A stretch of DNA of 64,000 bases from positions 1,056,001 to 1,120,000 of the forward strand of contig CAWFFN010000005.1 in NCBI GenBank assembly GCA_963815115.1. The letters run 5' to 3'. The number at the start of each line of letters is the position of its first letter. The first letter of the stretch is position 1. Position numbers and translations under genes: made by a program. The notes below the pieces were generated by a model. The model was not told where the DNA came from. It saw nothing but the letters and a program-made list of their open reading frames with translations, and did no database searches. Below, in pieces: positions 61,285-64,000 of this stretch. This DNA comes from an uncultured delta proteobacterium (GTDB taxonomy: Bacteria > Desulfobacterota > Binatia > DP-6).

Positions 61285-61857
61285 CTACGGTTCGACGACC
61301 ACCGTGGTGCCGAGCTTGATCCGGTCGTACATCGTGACGATGTCGGGGTTCGACATGCGCACGCACCCGTGGCTCACCGCCTGCCCCAGAACCTCGGTCT
61401 TGGCGGTTCCGTGAAAACCGATCGCCCAGCCGTGGTCGAACGCGAACCCGATCCATCGCAGCCCGAGCGGGTTGTTGATGCCCGGGGGAATGCGCCCGCG
61501 ATCGCGCGACTTGCCGGGGTTGTTGAAATCGAACACCACGAAGTCCGGGTTCACGATCATCTCGTTCACCTGGAACTTGCCGGTCGGGGTGGGGTACTGC
61601 GGCCGCCCGATCGCCACGGGGAATCCACCCGCGGGCTGCCGAGCCGGATCGTCGACCACGTAGACCTTCCGCTCGCTGAGCTTCAGGAGGAGATAGGGCT
61701 CCTTGCTGACCGGGGCGGCCGCCGGGCTCGGTCCCATGGTCGCACATCCGACGATGCCGGAAGCAAGCGCAAGGAGCACGGCGCACAGGATGCGCGCTGG
61801 CGAGGCGCTATGGCGCGTGCGTGAGGAAGGAGGCTGGTGTGTGGGTAGGCTCGGCAT
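61285..61857 (-). CDS. L,D-transpeptidase (YkuD family) lipoprotein
   Basis: Lipobox-like IVGC, FPVAIG...TP.G, NPLG.RWI, HGT..SHGCVRM. Confidence 0.92.
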   Translation of the reverse strand: MPSLPTHQPPSSRTRHSASPARILCAVLLALASGIVGCATMGPSPAAAPVSKEPYLLLKLSERKVYVVDDPARQPAGGFPVAIGRPQYPTPTGKFQVNEMIVNPDFVVFDFNNPGKSRDRGRIPPGINNPLGLRWIGFAFDHGWAIGFHGTAKTEVLGQAVSHGCVRMSNPDIVTMYDRIKLGTTVVVEP

Positions 61858-62014
61858 TGCGATCGTATGCCAGAATCGAGATCGCTTTTGAAGTCTGCGA
61901 TTGCACCGGCCGATCTTTTTCACGCGCAGCCGCTTGAGCTCGCGAAAACCTTTGACTGTGGCATATAGTAGGGACGCGACCCGGTGCGCCCGGGCATGCC
62001 GAAAACCGCCGCCG

Positions 62015-62635
62015 ATGGGCCACCATCTCCTCGCATCGCTTCGTCAGCCCGCGATCCCCGTGCTGATCGCGCTCCTCGCCGGCGCGGCAGTCAGCGGCTG
62101 CGGGGTGGCGGGACCGTCACCGCAATCCGCGAAGCCGGGATCGGCCGGCGCTCCAGGGTCGGCGCCCGGTACGGGGCAGGCCACGAGCGACGGCGGCAAG
62201 ACGAGTCAGAAGGACGGAGAGCTCACGCACCTGGTGCTCCGCCTGGGGGAGCGGCGTCTCTACCTGATGCAGGACGGATCCGGAGCGCCCGCCTCGTCGT
62301 TCCCGATCGCGATCGGCAAAGAAGGCTGGGAAACGCCGACGGGGAGCTTCCAGGTGGAGGAGATGGTGGAGCACCCGGACTTCTTGAAGGTGGACGACAG
62401 CGTCGTCCCCATTCGCGTCATCAAACGGATACCGCCCGGGCCGACCAATCCGCTCGGGGAACGCTGGATCCAGTTCGCGCACGGCGAGGGCTGGACGGTC
62501 GGGATCCATGGAACGCCGAATCCGGAACTGCTCGGTCGCGCGGTGAGCCACGGATGCGTCCGCATGCGAAATGCCGACGTCCTCCGGGTCTACGAGCACG
62601 TCCGCCTCGGGACCCCGGTCATCGTCGAGCCGTAG
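62015..62635 (+). CDS. L,D-transpeptidase (YkuD family) lipoprotein
   Basis: Lipobox VSGC, FPIAIG...TP.G, NPLG.RWI, HGT..SHGCVRM. Confidence 0.92.
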   Translation: MGHHLLASLRQPAIPVLIALLAGAAVSGCGVAGPSPQSAKPGSAGAPGSAPGTGQATSDGGKTSQKDGELTHLVLRLGERRLYLMQDGSGAPASSFPIAIGKEGWETPTGSFQVEEMVEHPDFLKVDDSVVPIRVIKRIPPGPTNPLGERWIQFAHGEGWTVGIHGTPNPELLGRAVSHGCVRMRNADVLRVYEHVRLGTPVIVEP

Positions 62636-62769
62636 GCCGCAGGCCGTCGGCAGGCGCGGTCGTCACCATCGCGTACGCCGCCCGCTACCTGCCAGCGGCC
62701 CACGATGCCGGACGTTGCAACCACTGGATGGAACCGGCAGCGTGCGCCCGGAGGTTGCCGGAACCCAGC

Positions 62770-63228
62770 ATGGACGATCGTCCCCGCCCCGAGCACCCGC
62801 CGCTCGACGCCGGCCTCCGGCGGGAGCTCATCGAGCGCTTCAACGAGATCAATCGTGATCGGTTCGGCGGTCACCTCGGCTACCGTCTGGTGGACGTTCG
62901 CCGGGGCTGGGCCCGCATCGATGTCGATTCCACGCCGCAGCTCATGAACCCGTCGGGGGTGATGCACGGCGGCGCCAGCTTCGGCCTCGCCGATTCCGCC
63001 GTCGCGGCCGCCCTGGTGACGATCTACGGGCCCGGCTACGCCTTGCTGACGATCGAGATGAAGATCAACTACCTCGAGCCGATCGTCTCCGGGGTGGTGA
63101 CCGCCGAGGCATCGGTGCTGCGGTCGAGCCGCCGCAGCGCCTACGCCGAGGTGGACGTCTGGGCGGGTGGCAAGCTCGCGGCGCGGGCCTCGACGACGTA
63201 CATGATCCGTCCGCTCGCTCCAGCCTGA
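62770..63228 (+). CDS. PaaI family thioesterase
   Basis: N..G..HGG....LAD, T.E.KINYL.P. Confidence 0.9.
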   Translation: MDDRPRPEHPPLDAGLRRELIERFNEINRDRFGGHLGYRLVDVRRGWARIDVDSTPQLMNPSGVMHGGASFGLADSAVAAALVTIYGPGYALLTIEMKINYLEPIVSGVVTAEASVLRSSRRSAYAEVDVWAGGKLAARASTTYMIRPLAPA

Positions 63229-63259
63229 AGCGCCGGCCCGACTTCCTGACGTGAGTGCG

Positions 63260-63880
63260 CTACTCGAGCGGGAGCATCACGTGCTGCCGGAATGCGTCGC
63301 GAGATTTGAGCCGCTCGTACCACGCGAGGACGTGCTCGAGCGGCGCACGGTCGAGGTCGAGGGTGTAGTAGCGATAGCACGCGGCGCCGACCGGGATGTC
63401 GCCCATGGTGAGCCGATCTCCGGCGACGAACTGCCGCCCGCGCAGGTGCCGGTCGAGACGCGCCCAGCTCGCCTTCAGGTTGCTCCCCGCCGCGTCGATC
63501 TGCGCCCGATCGTGTGTTCGCTCGGAGGCCCGGACGAGACCCCAGAAGACGGTTCGCATGTCCGGGAGCAGCGTCGTCTGCTGCCAGTCCATCCACTGGT
63601 CGGCGATCGCCCGCGCCGCGGGGTCGAGCGGCCAGAGCGTTCCGGAGCCGAACTTGGCCGCGAGGTAACGCACGATGACGTTGGATTCCCAGACGACCGC
63701 GTCTCCGTCCTCGAGCGTCGGAATGCGGCGGTTCGGGTTCAGCGCGCCGTATGCGGGGGTATCGAGGCCGCCGAACCCGCGTCCCACGTCGATACGCTCG
63801 TGCGGTAGCCCGAGCTCACCGATCGTCCACATGACCTTCTGGACGTTGCCCGATGTCGCCCTGCCCCAGACCTTGAGCAT
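63260..63880 (-). CDS. Glutathione S-transferase (GstB-like)
   Basis: WGR.TS.NVQKV.W, NPN..IP...D....WESN.I.RYL, G..LT..DI. Confidence 0.92.
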   Translation of the reverse strand: MLKVWGRATSGNVQKVMWTIGELGLPHERIDVGRGFGGLDTPAYGALNPNRRIPTLEDGDAVVWESNVIVRYLAAKFGSGTLWPLDPAARAIADQWMDWQQTTLLPDMRTVFWGLVRASERTHDRAQIDAAGSNLKASWARLDRHLRGRQFVAGDRLTMGDIPVGAACYRYYTLDLDRAPLEHVLAWYERLKSRDAFRQHVMLPLE

Positions 63881-64000
63881 CGCGCGCCCCCTGGTTCGCG
63901 CGAGAGTACCGTCGTCGCCGTGGTGTATCCACCGCGGGCTGGCCGACGATGGCTCCATGACGCTCCCCGTGGGATTCTCTTGGCGACGAGCCGCTATCGG

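Noticed and set aside
61858-61873. TGGCATACGATCGCA as a sigma54 promoter for the minus-strand L,D-transpeptidase
   Set aside because: GG-to-GC spacing is 9 nt rather than the required 10, and the motif abuts the proposed start codon.

Overview
This is 64 kb of chromosomal DNA from a very GC-rich bacterium. The gene content (sigma54 activators, glnE, trmFO, F420-type LLM and PPOX enzymes, an RRM protein, Tat-exported aldo/keto reductase) suggests a Deltaproteobacteria-like lineage such as Candidatus Binatia; this placement is inference only. About 65 CDSs can be supported. They comprise a housekeeping block (dprA-topA-trmFO-ppx-like-glnE-ilvE), many lipid/aromatic catabolic and redox enzymes, regulators (two tandem sigma54 bEBPs, TetR, a two-component pair, an ECF sigma/anti-sigma/Spy-like operon) and a cell-envelope/lipoprotein cluster with two divergent L,D-transpeptidases. 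I saw no rRNA, tRNA, CRISPR array, transposase or prophage. The strongest non-coding signals are four. (1) A candidate ribosome-dependent attenuator (30-aa uORF, mutually exclusive helices, U-tailed terminator) at 54873-55064 sits in front of a small uncharacterised protein. (2) Two copies of a nested-hairpin MITE/REPIN-like element (32592-32778, 47990-48298) each have one end at a CTAG that overlaps a TAG stop codon. (3) A sigma54 promoter with a palindromic upstream site precedes a 1025-aa secreted protein. (4) Twin TetR-type operators lie at 18145-18191. Several genes carry single-base frameshifts in short G/C homopolymers, which most likely reflect sequencing or assembly indels. All calls come from reading motifs by eye; no searches were run.
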